This document shows, in pieces, positions 61,194-64,000 of a stretch of 64,000 nt of DNA. Every line of letters starts with the position of its first letter. The first letter of the stretch is position 1. Origin of the DNA: Squalus acanthias (lineage: Eukaryota); contig CM059432.1 in NCBI GenBank assembly GCA_030390025.1, forward strand, positions 88,662,001-88,726,000, in the 5' to 3' direction. Both the position numbers and the translations under genes were made by a program. A model generated the notes under the pieces. That model was not told where the DNA came from and did no database searches. It was given only the letters and a program-made list of their open reading frames with translations.

Positions 61194-61479
61194 TCACAAG
61201 GGTAGTCACTTGGGTATTTTGATCTAATACAAAGTGACGAATCTCATCGTTATTTCAATTGTAATAATGAAATGCGATGCCAAATATTCAAAGAGTTGGC
61301 CTATGTGTGCCCAGAAATGGAAGTGTCACAGTGAGGGGTGAGGGCACCTTTCATCTGAAATGATGGTGGTGAGAGTGTTAGGAACCCACAGTTTATTGTA
61401 CAGATGCTGAATGGTGTGTTAAGAAAGTCAGCTAGACACTCATTTCCATGTGACAGCCACATGTGTTTGCTTTGTAAAC

Positions 61480-62670
61480 TTAGGCGAATCTGGCATGGAT
61501 TAGTGCATCCCTTGCCTCATGGCCAGCAATGTGCTCACGTGCTGGTGGAGCTGGGACATCCACCTCCACAAGGTCTTCCTCCTCCTCCTCTGAGGAGCCT
61601 GTGCACTGAGCCACTTGTTCCTCAGGCAGCGGTAAGCCACGCTGCTGTGTGATGTTGTGCAGTACACAGCAGACCACGATGATTCTGGAGACCCTGGCTG
61701 GTAAATACTGTAGGGCTCCACCAGATCTGTCGAGGCATCTAAATCGCATTTTGAGCAAGCTGATGGTTTGCTCTATGATGCTTCTGGTGGAAATATGGCT
61801 CACATTGTAGCGCTCCTCAGCTTCGTTTGATGCCCTCCTCATCGGTGTCATTAGTCACGTCTTCAGGGGATAGCCCTTGTCTCCAAGTAGCCATCCAGAA
61901 AGTTGGGTTGGCGGATTGAGCAGCTGAGGCACAGGATGAACAAGTCATGGCAACTGCCAGGGAACTTGGCGCAAACATGCATAATGTTCTTCCTGTGGTT
62001 ACACACCAGCTGGACGTTAAGGGAGTGGAAGCCCTTGCGGTTGATAAATACAGCTGGGTTGTGTTGGGGTGCCCTAATAGCCACATGTGTGCAGTCTACG
62101 ACGCCCTGCACCCTTGGGAAGCCTGCCATATTTGCCAAGCCAACCGTACGCGCGGTTACACTTGCTTCATCAATGGAGAAGTGGATGTAATTGTGTGACT
62201 TTGCAAAGAGGGCATTGGTAGCCTGCGTGATGCAGGCGTGTGCGGCCAACTGGGAGATGCCGCTGATGTCTGCTGCTGATCCCTGTAAAGACCCTGAAGC
62301 AAAAAAGTTGAGTGTGGTGGTGACTTTGACAGTAAGGAGTGTCCACCCGCACCTCTGGGCTCCAGGTGTTGATGCAGCATTGTGCAGATGTCAGCGACTA
62401 CCTCTTGCGAAAGTCTCAGCCTCCTTTGGCACTGCTTCTCACTCATGTTGAGGAAGCTCATCCTCGGCCTGTAAACCCTGTGTTGGGGGTATCTCCTGCG
62501 GCGCAGTGCCGCCCTGCGCTGATGCCCTCTGCCCTGTGCAGCATCAGGTGGCTGAGGAGAAGGTTGGCGCTCCTGTTGTTGCTGCTGCTGTTGTGCTCAT
62601 TCTTCTGCTGCTGCGGCTGCTCTTCCTCTGATTCTGAGGACCAGGATGAGAGGATATAAATGGTTCCCAT
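61480..62670 (-). pseudogene. Harbinger transposase, frameshifted
   Basis: [49 protein letters not shown] across several frames. Confidence 0.88.
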
Positions 62671-64000
62671 ACCGCGGGTATATATCTCAGTTGAGGAATA
62701 GATGTTATAAGCGCTCAGTCAATGTGGGGAGAGGGTTTTCCAAGGAGGTCACAGTGCAGATGGATCTCAGCTTAAACAGTTACAAGCTCAATATACCTGC
62801 AAAATGTGTTCCAAAACCTCAAAACACAAAGTTCTGCCATCTGAAAGTGAGCTCATGTTACAGGTCCACTTTTATGCTGCAGGTGCAGCTGTCAAGAATT
62901 CAGCTACTTGCTGAACCCGGCACAATCAGCTGGCGTGTTTGGCGCATGACGTGCAACACGCTGAAAATGTAGTAAAATGGGAAGAGTCTCTTAAAATGGG
63001 ATTATGTGGGCAGTTAACAAGCTGTTAACTGCCTTAAGTGCCTTTCTCGCCGCTTGGTGTCGGGTCTGATCGGGACTTGCAGACCCCACACTTTGCAAAG
63101 TTGCGTGGAGGCGGGATGGCGGCAGGTTCGCAACCCTTATCAATCATTTAGATTTTCACTCCTGACTCGCCTCCAAACCCGCCCTCTGAGCGCCAGCAAA
63201 ATCGCGGCCAGTGTTTCTGCATTCCACCAGAATCCTTACCTCAGTTGTACCTCCTTGGGCCTAAATATTTTTGTCCCCCATTTTTCTTTTGTAATTAGTT
63301 ATTAATTATTGTTCAGATTACAAGATTATTGTATTCTGCACATAAATTGATATCTTGCTATAAAAGAAACAAAACAGTATTCCAAATTCAGACCTTCCAT
63401 GGTTCATACGCTAAAATGGGATGTCTGAGGTATGACACCTGAAGTGTGACAAGAAGCAAGTGTGATGCTTATTGGAAGTGCACGTTTATGCAAAATTTTA
63501 ATTTATTCTAGATAGCATAATAGCCAATATTTCATACATACTACAGTAAAGTGATCAATATTGATCACGTAACAACTGTCACTACAAGGCATTTCTAAGA
63601 GATTTGATAAAGGTGATATAAATGCAAGTCTGCCTTTCTTTCAATATCCCCACGTGATATATTCAAGTAACTATTTTATCAATAAATAGTTTCAGTAAAA
63701 TAGGAATCTTATATTATCTGAAATTTTTTGGTTAAAAGAAAGTGCTTAATTATTAAAGTAAATTAGGTTTCAACAAAAAACATCAATTTAAAAAATAAGC
63801 CAACAAAATGTTGCTAATTCAATACTATTACCTCCCTTTTCCCTTTGAGCAAAAAGGTGGATTTTATATTTCCTTGCCACATATCATTTACATATTAAAA
63901 TGAGTGTTTAATATAGTTCCTTGTGTGTTCGAGTTTACATTGTCATTTTAAAGTTGCCTTCATCAACAGAGAGAAATATTAAGGTCAAAGCTTGATTCAG

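Larger units (their letters stand above)
59007..63209. mobile_element. Full-length Harbinger copy G (family 2), inverted relative to copy D
   Basis: TIR GGCCACGATTTT / GGCCGCGATTTT. TSD ambiguous (TCA/AGT, or CAG/CAG if each end is 1 nt shorter). Confidence 0.88.

Overview
Eukaryotic, almost entirely transposon-derived DNA; the repeat mix suggests a vertebrate, probably a cartilaginous fish (inference only). No host gene, rRNA, true tRNA or CRISPR array is supported. The window holds: (1) about ten PIF/Harbinger DNA-transposon copies in at least two families, each pairing a DDE transposase with a convergent three-exon Myb/SANT-like partner gene. Four are full length with both TIRs. Two have uninterrupted transposase ORFs (23918-25075 +, 51629-52789 -), and the copy at 49092-53301 is one homopolymer base away from fully intact. 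(2) Several Harbinger-type MITE families with readable 3-bp TSDs that are not the textbook TAA/TTA. (3) Penelope-like elements (RT + GIY-YIG) of two families with inverted pseudo-LTRs, minimal type I hammerhead ribozymes, a ~34-nt unpaired tail and 14-15 bp TSDs. (4) CR1 and L2 LINE fragments, a tRNA-headed SINE and hAT-type MITEs. (5) Two related G-rich minisatellites and a 378-bp fold-back palindrome. The best-resolved structure is a Penelope fold-back insertion (46699-53474) that was later invaded by the near-intact Harbinger. All calls are from reading the sequence by eye; no alignments or database searches were run, and LINE boundaries are approximate.
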